Assembly (NCBI GenBank): GCA_018649885.1
Contig: JABIHA010000075.1
Span: forward strand, 1-64,000
Reading direction: 5' to 3'
Source: Bacteriovoracaceae bacterium
GTDB taxonomy: Bacteria; Bdellovibrionota; Bacteriovoracia; Bacteriovoracales; Bacteriovoracaceae
Length of the DNA stretch: 64,000 nucleotides
In this document: positions 28,113 through 37,772 of the stretch, piece after piece
Layout: every line of letters starts with the position of its first letter
Position numbering within the stretch: position 1 is the first letter of the stretch
The notes under the pieces: generated by a model
The model's database searches: none
The model's input: only the letters and a program-made list of their open reading frames with translations
What the model was told of the DNA's origin: nothing
Translations under genes and position numbers: made by a program

Positions 28113-29296
28113 TAAGCCTCTCCTCGGAGCTCTTTCATAGCACTTTTAGTACTAGAAATAAGGTAGTCAATATCTTTAGGATCCATATCAGATGCAAATG
28201 GAAATGAAATCATGTTATCAAAAAACCTGTCAGTTTCGGGACAATTTCCACCACTGCAACCGTTGTTGATGAAGAGCTCATACTTATATAGCGGATAATA
28301 CTGAACAACAGTTTTAATACCGTACTTAGTAAATAATAAATCAATTAAATCATCTCTCGTTTTACCATTACTTCCCTCATAGCGAGCTGGAAATAGATGA
28401 TAAGCACTAAGACAATTTTCGGGAACTTTTTGAAAGCTAAGCTCACTAAAGTCAGAAAGAGCATCGATTATTTGAGCGGCCTGATTTCTTCTTACTTCAT
28501 TAATTTTACCAATTCGCTTTAAGATCAAATCTCCTGCAAGCGCCTGGATTTCTCCCATGGCGAAATTATAAGGAATTTCTCCTGGGATCGCCTCTATGAT
28601 ATTTGACATAGCTGGCTGCCAATATTTTTTTTGGTTTAAAAAAGGACGGGCCCCAATTTTTCTAAGTCCTAAAATCTCTTCAACATACTTAGTTGAATTG
28701 GTTGTAAGCATTCCCCCTTCTCCGAGGGTGGTAATATTTTTTTGGCCGTGAAAACTAAAGCAGCCAAAATCTCCCCATGAACCTACTTTTTTACCGCAGT
28801 ATTCTGCTCCAGGAGCTTGGGCGCAATCTTCAACAACTAAAAGACCATTCTTACTGGCTATGTCCATCACTACGTCCATTTTTACTGGAAGGCCGTAAAG
28901 GTGGACAGGAACAATGACTTTAGATTTATTTGTGACTTTTTTTGCAAGATCATTTGTATCCATAACAAATGTTTCTGGATCAATATCAACAAATACAATT
29001 TTTGCTTTTCTTCTGATAAATGGCAGGGCCGTGGCTGCAAATGTATGAGCAGGAAGAAGAACCTCATCGCCCTCTTCAACCCTGCAAAGAATTGCTGCGA
29101 GCTCAAGAGCTGCTGTGGCACTACTGACACCAAAAGCATTTTCAACTCCAACAAAACTTGCGAAATTATCTTCAAATGCTTTTAGATTTGGTCCCATGGA
29201 AAGAGACTTTGCAGACTTTATCCCTTCACAAATGATATCGACTTCACTATCGGTTAATCTTGTTTGAATTCCAGGAAAATCAAGTTTTAAGTCCAT
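28112..29296 (-). CDS. DegT/DnrJ aminotransferase coupled to the KdnB-like gene
   Basis: PVHLYG, VEDCAQ, FSFHGQKNITTLGEGG; 1-bp overlaps with both neighbours. Confidence 0.88.
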   Translation of the reverse strand: MDLKLDFPGIQTRLTDSEVDIICEGIKSAKSLSMGPNLKAFEDNFASFVGVENAFGVSSATAALELAAILCRVEEGDEVLLPAHTFAATALPFIRRKAKIVFVDIDPETFVMDTNDLAKKVTNKSKVIVPVHLYGLPVKMDVVMDIASKNGLLVVEDCAQAPGAEYCGKKVGSWGDFGCFSFHGQKNITTLGEGGMLTTNSTKYVEEILGLRKIGARPFLNQKKYWQPAMSNIIEAIPGEIPYNFAMGEIQALAGDLILKRIGKINEVRRNQAAQIIDALSDFSELSFQKVPENCLSAYHLFPARYEGSNGKTRDDLIDLLFTKYGIKTVVQYYPLYKYELFINNGCSGGNCPETDRFFDNMISFPFASDMDPKDIDYLISSTKSAMKELRGEA

Positions 29297-30180
29297 TACA
29301 CACCTCTAAGTTTTTTTCTAGCAACTAACTCACTGTCACAGAGTTTTTTCACACCGTCTCCGACTGCTCCGCCAATAAGTCTTATATCTCTAGCTAACTT
29401 ATACATACCGTGAGGTTCTACTGAAGCAATTTGATCAGTCCCCCACATAGTTCTATCAAGAGTAATATGTCTTTCGATAAAATGAGCGCCAAAAGCTGCG
29501 GCCATGACAGTTGTGTCTAGACCAAATTCATGACCACTATAACCGATAACAACTTCTGGATATCGTTCAGTGAAAGTTTGGATCACTTTTATATTTAGCT
29601 CTTCAATAGGAGCTGGGTAAGCTGAGTGACAATGACAAAGTATCAACTGGCTTGTTTTAGACATGGCAAAATTGATAGCGTCATCAATTTCTTGTTGAGT
29701 ACTCATTCCTGAAGATAAAACAAGAGGTACTCCAGTTTGAGCTGTTTTTTCAATTAACTCATAGTTAGTTAAAAAAGCAGATGGAATTTTTATAAATGGT
29801 ACGTCGTAGTTTTTGACTAAAAAATCTAGACTATCAAGATCCCAAACTGAAGCGGTAAAATGAATATCTCTTCCAGTACAGAGCTCTTTTATATCATCGT
29901 ATTCAGGTTTTTCGAATTCAACTTTCTTTTTGTAATCAAGGTAGGTCATCTCGCCCCAAGGAGTTTCTCTCATGACACTTTTTTGATGTTCAGGGACACA
30001 CACATCAGGGTTTCTTTTTTGGAACTTTACGCAGTCAAAATCAAATACTGAGGCAAACTCAATTAATTTTTTTGCGATATCAACATCACCATTATGATTG
30101 ATTCCGATTTCACCACATATATATACAGGATGACCTTTGCCTACTGTTTTATTTCCCAGCTTTACAGATGCGCTCACCAT
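29296..30180 (-). CDS. neuB: NeuB-family PEP-dependent ulosonate synthase, short form without SAF/antifreeze domain
   Basis: EIGINHNG, KFQKRNPD, GYSGHE, ERHITLDRTMWGTDQ; 294 aa. Confidence 0.87.
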   Translation of the reverse strand: MVSASVKLGNKTVGKGHPVYICGEIGINHNGDVDIAKKLIEFASVFDFDCVKFQKRNPDVCVPEHQKSVMRETPWGEMTYLDYKKKVEFEKPEYDDIKELCTGRDIHFTASVWDLDSLDFLVKNYDVPFIKIPSAFLTNYELIEKTAQTGVPLVLSSGMSTQQEIDDAINFAMSKTSQLILCHCHSAYPAPIEELNIKVIQTFTERYPEVVIGYSGHEFGLDTTVMAAAFGAHFIERHITLDRTMWGTDQIASVEPHGMYKLARDIRLIGGAVGDGVKKLCDSELVARKKLRGV

Positions 30181-30353
30181 TTTCTCCTTATGCTTCTTAT
30201 ATTGTCTTAAATAGTAAATTAAAGACTAAATTTACAACATTACGGCCTAATAGGATAATTTATTTTTCTATTTTACTTACGACTCAACGTGACGCGTCCT
30301 GAGGAAATTATCTCTCGGTCCTGAGTATGAAAAAAATGAAAGAATTGAATGGA

Positions 30354-31496
30354 TTAAGATAGCTCGAAAATTAAATCACACAGCTCTCTGACCGCCCCTT
30401 CTCCACCATTTTTGCTGAGTACCAAATCGGAAATATCGAGTACCGGCTTATAAGCATCCCGTGGCGCACATGAGAAACCCACGAATTCCATGACCTCTAA
30501 ATCATTTAGATCATTTCCCATGTAGATTACACTTGAAGGGTCAATGCCATCGGCTAAACATTTTTCTTCTAAGTATTCTTTCTTGTTTGAACAACCATGA
30601 TGGACATCTATTCCGAGCTTTTTGGCCCTGGCCTTGACCACACTATTAACTTCGGTAGAAAGAATAAAAATTTCAATATCAGAGTTTTTTAACCTACTGA
30701 GTCCAAGTCCATCACTTCTGTCACATCTAACTAACTCGGAGCCATCATCCACAACAAAGACTTTATTATTAGTAAGGACACCATCAAAATCTAAAACAAG
30801 TAACTTTGGCTTAAAAAGATCTCTGCGTTTACGAGATGCTGAACCACTGCTTTTTTGAAGATTTGGCCCTTGATCTGAATTTAGTATGTCCCCCAATGAG
30901 GTACAAAGTGTGTTACAAACAGGTCTGTGAAGCTCTCTTGTCTCAAGGCTATTTGTTGCTGGAACATTCAAGAGAATATCTCCCCAATTTGCGAGATTTC
31001 CACTGTTAGAACCCATAAGACAGATAGACTTTATTCCAATTGATTTAGCTAATTTTAATGCATTTAAAATATTCTCACTGTTATCAGATGTTGAAATGGT
31101 TAAAAGAATATCTCCCTTTTTTCCTAGCCCCAAAAGCTGTTGAGCAAAGTGAAAGTCTGGATTCATACCATCAGAATTAGAGCTAATATTAGTGCCCAGT
31201 GAAATTGCGGCTATGGAATATTGAAGGTTAGTACAAAAGCTTTGAAGCTCTCCTGGAATCTGCTCTTTAAAATTCGCCTTTACACTTTCAGGAAGTGAGC
31301 CTTTAGGGTCTGTCCCAGTGAGCAATTGCGATGCAACTTGCTCACTGTCAAAAGCACTTCCACCAGTTCCACAGGTAAAAATAGTCCCACCGGATTTGGA
31401 GCTTTCATACAAACCCAAAAGCGCCTGCTCCAATGGAGCTTTGATTTTTTCTAGCGCAGGGTAGCGATTTATTAGCTCTTCAATGCTTCTTTGCAA
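30354..31496 (-). CDS. Fusion: degenerate GmhA-like SIS domain + KdsC/YrbI HAD phosphatase
   Basis: N-terminal CGTGGSAFD and ISTSDNSEN; C-terminal LDFDGVLT, RSDGLG, YMGNDLND, GGEGAVRE. Confidence 0.82.
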   Translation of the reverse strand: MQRSIEELINRYPALEKIKAPLEQALLGLYESSKSGGTIFTCGTGGSAFDSEQVASQLLTGTDPKGSLPESVKANFKEQIPGELQSFCTNLQYSIAAISLGTNISSNSDGMNPDFHFAQQLLGLGKKGDILLTISTSDNSENILNALKLAKSIGIKSICLMGSNSGNLANWGDILLNVPATNSLETRELHRPVCNTLCTSLGDILNSDQGPNLQKSSGSASRKRRDLFKPKLLVLDFDGVLTNNKVFVVDDGSELVRCDRSDGLGLSRLKNSDIEIFILSTEVNSVVKARAKKLGIDVHHGCSNKKEYLEEKCLADGIDPSSVIYMGNDLNDLEVMEFVGFSCAPRDAYKPVLDISDLVLSKNGGEGAVRELCDLIFELS

Positions 31497-31667
31497 AAAC
31501 TGTCTCTCTTGTTTGTGGTTTCTTACAATAGAATATACTTCTTTTTTATCAAATTATTCTGTTAAAGACCAATATCACTGAGTTTACCACCATTAGATTT
31601 TTTGCTGATTTCACAATATATGCTACTCTTCGCACACAGTTAAAAACCACCCAAGTGATTTAAAAAT

Positions 31668-33149
31668 ATGGCCAAAATAAAGCATTTTTTAAAAGAACAA
31701 TATTTTCAATTTTTTTTTGATGAGAAAAATAAATTAAAAAATACATGGTTGAAAAATATCTCTTTTATTTGGAATTTCCTACACCTTAAATTTTCTGGAA
31801 TTGAATCCTTACTTACAAAGTATATAAATTTAAAAAGCTTTGACTCGATTGAAAAAGGCAGCGCTGACTATCATTTAATTTCCGTTGTCTCGGAGAAACA
31901 AATATTTTTTATACCATTTTTTGAAAAAATCATGATCGATGCTCTTAGATTTAATACACTAAAAGCGAAAGGAAATATTCTTTTTAATGGCCCCACTCCT
32001 ACATCAGAATTGTTGACAGCACTTGATAAAAATTTTTCTTACCAATGCATTTCTGGCACTGATCTACTCCTCGTGAAAGTTAAAGAGCTGATTAAAAACT
32101 CTGACTCAAACACGGTACTTTTAAATATTCCTACTGATATTGCCCTCTCAGACCAAGAGTTTTTTCAGTCATTAAACTCACTGGAAAAGGAAATTATCTT
32201 TATCCAGTCATTTGATAATGCACAAAAATACCGTCTGTTCTCGAGTGATATTTTGGAATTAACAAAGCCAATTGACTATAAATGTCCAAATGATGCTTTA
32301 GAGAGAGTTAAAGAATTTAAAGAATTTGCAATTGAGTACCCAGTAATTAAGAAATTACATTCTTTCTATCAATCGAAAAATTTATTGATGGAAGAAAATG
32401 ACGAATATTTCTTTCTCTATAAAAAGCTTATAGCTTTTCGATTTTACTCACCAAATGACAGCCTTTTCCCCCAACTAAATCCAGCAGTCGACGGCAATTA
32501 CCAAAACTATATTGAATCCGATAGAGAGCTAAACTCTCTTATAGAGAAAATAAAAAATCGTAAAATTCTAGCAAGCACTATTGGGACCAGGCCTACTATG
32601 CCAAAAAATCCTGATGGAAGAGTATTAGTACATTTGGGTCCAGGTGATCAAGATGACCCACAATACACAAATGTGGACTCAAGAGATTTGCCTCATATTC
32701 ACATAGTTGAAGATGTTTTTTCCTCGAATATTTTTGAACCTGGAAGCGTAGACTTAATCTATGCCTGCCACCTGCTAGAGCATGTAAAGTATCAGGACAC
32801 TATCAAAATGCTCCAAAATTGGCACACATGGCTAAAACCCAAAGGTGTGCTGCGATTGTCCGTTCCAGATTTTTCCAAAATTACAGATACCTACAATGCA
32901 ACGAAAAGTATTAGCTCTATTCAAACAGCGTTAATGGGTGGCCAAAATTATGCTGCCAACTTTCATTTAGCTATGTTTGATCAGCATTTTCTGAAAAATT
33001 GCTTGGAAAAAGCAGGCTTTAAACAGAGCAGGAAATGGCACCCCGAAGAATGCCGCGAATATACATTTAATGATTGGGCATCCAAAAAGATGACCTACAA
33101 CAACCAAAACTTTGAAATTAGTCTTAATCTTGAGGCTACAAAGAGCTAA
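31668..33149 (+). CDS. Unknown N-terminal region + class I SAM methyltransferase-like domain
   Basis: C-terminal VHLGPG, IYACHLLEH, LKPKGVLRLSVPDF, SLNLEA. Confidence 0.7.
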   Translation: MAKIKHFLKEQYFQFFFDEKNKLKNTWLKNISFIWNFLHLKFSGIESLLTKYINLKSFDSIEKGSADYHLISVVSEKQIFFIPFFEKIMIDALRFNTLKAKGNILFNGPTPTSELLTALDKNFSYQCISGTDLLLVKVKELIKNSDSNTVLLNIPTDIALSDQEFFQSLNSLEKEIIFIQSFDNAQKYRLFSSDILELTKPIDYKCPNDALERVKEFKEFAIEYPVIKKLHSFYQSKNLLMEENDEYFFLYKKLIAFRFYSPNDSLFPQLNPAVDGNYQNYIESDRELNSLIEKIKNRKILASTIGTRPTMPKNPDGRVLVHLGPGDQDDPQYTNVDSRDLPHIHIVEDVFSSNIFEPGSVDLIYACHLLEHVKYQDTIKMLQNWHTWLKPKGVLRLSVPDFSKITDTYNATKSISSIQTALMGGQNYAANFHLAMFDQHFLKNCLEKAGFKQSRKWHPEECREYTFNDWASKKMTYNNQNFEISLNLEATKS

Positions 33150-33222
33150 TACTTGTCGCAACAAATGCCATTATAGTATAGTCTGGCTTTAAAATTCCTA
33201 TAAATATCCGGTGGAAATAATT

Positions 33223-34389
33223 ATGTCTGAAAACACAGAAATGGAAAATAAGAGTGCCTTTGATGGATTGCACAACTACGTCGACAGAATCATCAAGCAA
33301 ATGGAGTATTCAAAAAATATAAAAGATACTTCTCCACTATTTCCACAGCATGTTCACATAGAACCAACAAACGCTTGTAACCTTCAGTGCATTCATTGCC
33401 ATCACCACCCTGACTATCCTGAAAATCCTAATACCTTTACCAGGAAAAGAGGGATTATGAAGATGGAGCTTTATAAAAAGGTAATCAATGAAATTGCGCC
33501 TTTAAAATGCTCTATTACTCTTGATGTGCAAGGTGAGCCAACACTCCACCCTAAGTTTATGGAAATGGTGAGGTATGCCAAGGAAAGAAATGTTTATACT
33601 TCTGTGTTGTCAAACGGAACCAAACTCACAGAAAAAATGTCAATGGAGCTAATAGAGTTAGGCCTAGATAGAATGGTCTTTTCATTTGATAGTGTAAAAA
33701 AAGAAATCTACGAAAAAATTAGAATCAAATCAAAGTTTGACCCTACTTTTAAAAATGTTCTCACTTTTATTAAACTAAATCATGAAGCAGGTCATAAAAC
33801 TCATGTGTGCATGTCTATGGTTTATCAAAAAAGAAACAAAGGGATGGCACAAGAGTACGAAGATTTTTTTGCAAAGCTTCCAGTAGACAAAGTTTTTTGT
33901 AACCCTCTTTTAAACCTTGCAGGTGTTTCAGGTATATCAGATGAAATTGAATTATCTGATGTTCAAAAAGGCCCTAAAGAAAATTGGCCAATTTGTCGTA
34001 TTCCCTGGGAAGACTTGACTGTCAATTGGGATGGACTTATCACTCCTTGCCCTGTGGATGTTAACGTGTCTGGACCAGTGGGTGATGCAAACGAGGATAG
34101 CCTCCAAGAAATTTGGAATAACGAGAATATGAGATCTTTTAGAAGAGCACATATTGAGAAAGACTATACTCTTATTAAAAAAGATGGGCCTCTTTGTGAA
34201 AGTTGCAATTGTCTATTTTATCCTGAGTATGACTTACGTGACTTTGGAGAATATGCCACAAATGCTATTTGTAGATCAGCTATGCACTACGCTCCTAAGC
34301 TCATCAATAAAAGTAAAACTTCAAGTGATGAAAAATTTGTAAATTTACAAAAACTTTTAAGTGGTGAAATCCAGATAGCAGATCTTTAA
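33223..34389 (+). CDS. Radical SAM/SPASM (twitch) domain protein
   Basis: IEPTNACNLQCIHC, GEPTLHP, SNGT; C-terminal CRIPW...CPVD...CESC. Confidence 0.9.
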   Translation: MSENTEMENKSAFDGLHNYVDRIIKQMEYSKNIKDTSPLFPQHVHIEPTNACNLQCIHCHHHPDYPENPNTFTRKRGIMKMELYKKVINEIAPLKCSITLDVQGEPTLHPKFMEMVRYAKERNVYTSVLSNGTKLTEKMSMELIELGLDRMVFSFDSVKKEIYEKIRIKSKFDPTFKNVLTFIKLNHEAGHKTHVCMSMVYQKRNKGMAQEYEDFFAKLPVDKVFCNPLLNLAGVSGISDEIELSDVQKGPKENWPICRIPWEDLTVNWDGLITPCPVDVNVSGPVGDANEDSLQEIWNNENMRSFRRAHIEKDYTLIKKDGPLCESCNCLFYPEYDLRDFGEYATNAICRSAMHYAPKLINKSKTSSDEKFVNLQKLLSGEIQIADL

Positions 34390-35081
34390 ACTGTTGCTCT
34401 TATTAAGCAAAATGCTTCAGCAAATTGTTTGCCACTTTGAACTCCTCGGTGGCTAGCTAAAACTTTCAGATAATCAAGAGATCTCGGGTGTGGATACTCT
34501 CTTAGCTCAGATTGGTAGCATCCCATAGCTTCAACCTTTTTTTCAATAGTGCTACCAACATCAACAAAAGTGTTAGGGATAAAAACGCTCTCAGCACTGT
34601 AAGAGTTCCACTCTGTAGAAGAAGGTACTTCATAGCTATAAATACTAGTATTTTTCTCTCCTGAAATTGGCCGAAAAGCAGTCAATGTAGCTATATGAGC
34701 AATTCGATGATCAATATTGAGATCCCCTGCATGATGAGTGAATACAATATCCGGCTGAACCTTGTCTTTTATGATTTCGATTTCCTTTACAATATCGAGC
34801 ATATCTACCGAGTCAAAACGGTTATCAGCAAAATTTAAGACACTCATATCTTTAAAGCCCAATACCTTAGAAGACTTTTCAATCTCACCAGAAAGTGTCT
34901 CTACTTCCTTCTCCACGCTTTTACCATCTCTAGATGCCTTACCTTGGGATAAAATCAGCCCATGTACATTATGGCCAGAGCTGGCAAGAAAACTAATAGT
35001 TGCCCCGCAGCCTAAAGCTTCATCGTCTGGGTGAGCGGCAATTATTAGAACTGTTTTTTTGGAAGTACCGTTTGGGATCAT
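34386..35081 (-). CDS. PIG-L/LmbE-family N-deacetylase
   Basis: AAHPDDEALGCG, THHAGDLNIDH, YEVPSSTEW, YPHPRS. Confidence 0.9.
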   Translation of the reverse strand: MIPNGTSKKTVLIIAAHPDDEALGCGATISFLASSGHNVHGLILSQGKASRDGKSVEKEVETLSGEIEKSSKVLGFKDMSVLNFADNRFDSVDMLDIVKEIEIIKDKVQPDIVFTHHAGDLNIDHRIAHIATLTAFRPISGEKNTSIYSYEVPSSTEWNSYSAESVFIPNTFVDVGSTIEKKVEAMGCYQSELREYPHPRSLDYLKVLASHRGVQSGKQFAEAFCLIRATV

Positions 35082-35179
35082 AGCAACTCTTTTTCGTTTT
35101 TTTTTAATTCTAAATCATGGTTTTAACAAGTAAAGGGTTCATTTACTGATTAAAAAATAAAGAGTATTTTTTAATCACT

Positions 35180-36049
35180 ATGATAGTGAGTCGTGCAAAT
35201 AAACTAGTCCTCGGTACAGTGCAACTTGGTTTGAAGTATGGCATTGCCAATAAATCGGGAAGACCAAACCATGAAGAATCCAGGGAGATTTTAAAATTTG
35301 CAATGGATTCAGGAATCGATACCTTGGATACAGCACAGGCTTATGGTGACGTTCATGAGATCATTTCTAGTTTTCACCAAAACTCTCCAAAAAAATTTAA
35401 AATTCAAACTAAATTTAATTCTCTTCCATATAATATTGTAGATTACCTTAAGTCTCAGGCTGAACTTTTGAAGGTTCCTAGTATCGAAACTCTTTACTTT
35501 CATAGTTTTGAAGATTTTGAAAATTGCCTGGATTTCGAAAGCTTCAAAAAGGCTAAAGAGCTTGGCCTTTTAAATGAAATAGGTGTTTCAATTTATAATA
35601 CGAAGCAATTAGAGAAATGTATTTCAAATAAGTATATCGATACTATTCAAAGTCCATTTAACTTATTTGACAACTGGTCCGAGCGTGGAGCACTTTTTGA
35701 GAAGGCCCATTCAAATGGGAAAAAAATCTATACTCGATCTGTATTTTTACAGGGATTATTTTTTCTAAAAAAAGAAGAATTAAAAGGTGTTCTAAAGAAA
35801 ATGGAAGACTGTATTGAAAAAGTCCAACAGCTATCAAAAGAAAAGCAATTAAGTATTCAGGATTTGGCACTAAATTATTGCCTTAGCTTTGAGCAAGTAT
35901 CTGGTGTTCTGGTTGGTGTAGATACAAAAGGGCAGTTAGAGCAAAATCTAAAAGCCATGGATGTATCACTAGAAAAACAAACGATAGAGCAAATTAATGG
36001 ACTAAAAGTTAATTACCCCGAACTTTTAAATCCTGTAAACTGGGAATAA
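35180..36049 (+). CDS. Aldo/keto reductase
   Basis: LVLGTVQLGLKYGI, DTAQAYG, IGVSIY, RSVFLQG. Confidence 0.88.
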   Translation: MIVSRANKLVLGTVQLGLKYGIANKSGRPNHEESREILKFAMDSGIDTLDTAQAYGDVHEIISSFHQNSPKKFKIQTKFNSLPYNIVDYLKSQAELLKVPSIETLYFHSFEDFENCLDFESFKKAKELGLLNEIGVSIYNTKQLEKCISNKYIDTIQSPFNLFDNWSERGALFEKAHSNGKKIYTRSVFLQGLFFLKKEELKGVLKKMEDCIEKVQQLSKEKQLSIQDLALNYCLSFEQVSGVLVGVDTKGQLEQNLKAMDVSLEKQTIEQINGLKVNYPELLNPVNWE

Positions 36050-36052
36050 ATA

Positions 36053-37771
36053 ATGAATGATCAGTTTGGTGCAATTGTAACTGCAAGAATGGGATCAAGT
36101 AGATTTCCTGGAAAGTCCATGGTGAATATTTGTGGAAAACCTTCCCTTCAATGGCTAATCGAAAGAGTTCTTTCTTCCAAAAATATAGATGAGTTAATTA
36201 TTGCGACAACAATTGCAGAAAAAGACCTTCCAATAGTTGAGTTAGCAAAAAAGTTAGGAGTTCTTTGTATTCAAGGTCCTGTTGAGGATGTTCTGACCAG
36301 AGTCTATGAAGCATCTCTTTCCTTAAAATCTGATAGACTAATCTACCTCACAGGAGATTGCCCACTAACAGATCCAGGCATTATTGACTACATGATCGAC
36401 ATTTATAGGTCAAAAAATGAAGATTATCTAAAGAACTTCCAATGGGGTCCTGACGCAAAAAAAGAATGTGGATTCCCCAATGGACTAGATGTGGAAGTCT
36501 TTAGTAAAGAAATATTAAATTCTGTCCACGAAAAAGCAACTGACCCATGGCTCAGGGAACATGTTACAGAACCAATGTACACGTGGAAGGAATTCTCTCA
36601 CTTCACAGTTGAGGCCCCTGAAAAATGGAGAAGGCCACACTATAGAATATGTATAGATACAAAAGAAGACTACCAGCTTGTGAATACCATTTTTGAGGAA
36701 CTGATTGCTCAAAAGGTAGGCATTAGCGCCGAGAGTGCTATCACCTACCTAGATGACAATCCTGATCTTCTTAAGATTAACCAAACAACATCTCAAGCCA
36801 AGTACACTGCATGTATAATTGGACTAGGTAATATTGGATTTCTCTACGATTTAGACCCGAAACTTGACGGGATTCAAACCCATGCCAGTGCATATAGAAG
36901 ATGGTCATCCACTCGACTCGTAAGTGGTAGCGACCTAGATGAGTCTAGGTGTAAGCTCTTTAAAAATCATTATCAATTAGAAAATGTATATTCTAATTAT
37001 CACGATATGATTGAAAATGAAAAACCAGATATTGTCTCTGTTTGCACACCTCCAGAATTACAATATCAAATTATTTCGAGTCTTTTGAAGACTGATATTA
37101 AAGCCATATGGTGTGAAAAACCTTTTGGATTAGAACAAAGGCAGTGGATAGATATTTCTAAAAAACTTGAAGAAAAAAAAGTTCAACTCTTTGTTAATTA
37201 CTGGATGAGATTTACTCCCTTATTTTCAAATCTAAAAGCATACCTTGGAGAAGGAAACCTTGGAAAAATTTGGGGTGGAACATATATTTACTCTGGAGGA
37301 GGATATAATAGTGGTACCCATGCCCTAGATATTCTCAATTATCTTTTTGGCAAACCACTAAAATTCGATGCCACTTACAAAAGAAAATTAAAAAGCGGCG
37401 ATCATGGGATTGGAACCAATTTGCATTTTAAGGATGATGTGGTTTTCAATTTATTTCCAGGTAACAAAGAAAAACACTTTACCACTGAAATTGATATATT
37501 AGGTGAAAAGGGACGAATTAGAATTTCTGATCACAAGCCATTTGTAGAATATTTTGAATCAAAACCATCTGAAATAGAAAGTGGAGTGAATGAGCTCGTA
37601 AAAATGCCACAACTTCCATTTGACGGATCAAAATCAGATATTCAATTAAATGTTATTCAAAATATTACGCATTCCCTTGATGGAAATTCCCAGGCTCTTT
37701 GCACAGGAGACGATGGGTTGTGGGCAAGCCAGTACATGGATGAATTAAAAAAATCTTTAGGAGAAAATTAA
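36053..37771 (+). CDS. Fusion: SpsF-type cytidylyltransferase + Gfo/Idh/MocA oxidoreductase
   Basis: ARMGSSRFPGK, TGDCPL, REHVT; then IIGLGNIG, VSVCTPP, WCEKP, GTHALD. Confidence 0.85.
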   Translation: MNDQFGAIVTARMGSSRFPGKSMVNICGKPSLQWLIERVLSSKNIDELIIATTIAEKDLPIVELAKKLGVLCIQGPVEDVLTRVYEASLSLKSDRLIYLTGDCPLTDPGIIDYMIDIYRSKNEDYLKNFQWGPDAKKECGFPNGLDVEVFSKEILNSVHEKATDPWLREHVTEPMYTWKEFSHFTVEAPEKWRRPHYRICIDTKEDYQLVNTIFEELIAQKVGISAESAITYLDDNPDLLKINQTTSQAKYTACIIGLGNIGFLYDLDPKLDGIQTHASAYRRWSSTRLVSGSDLDESRCKLFKNHYQLENVYSNYHDMIENEKPDIVSVCTPPELQYQIISSLLKTDIKAIWCEKPFGLEQRQWIDISKKLEEKKVQLFVNYWMRFTPLFSNLKAYLGEGNLGKIWGGTYIYSGGGYNSGTHALDILNYLFGKPLKFDATYKRKLKSGDHGIGTNLHFKDDVVFNLFPGNKEKHFTTEIDILGEKGRIRISDHKPFVEYFESKPSEIESGVNELVKMPQLPFDGSKSDIQLNVIQNITHSLDGNSQALCTGDDGLWASQYMDELKKSLGEN

Positions 37772-37772
37772 A

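Noticed and set aside
31710..35105. T9 tracts at 31710-31718 and 35097-35105 as phase-variation sites
   Set aside because: Ordinary in AT-rich DNA; the reading frame is intact; no long G/C tracts seen
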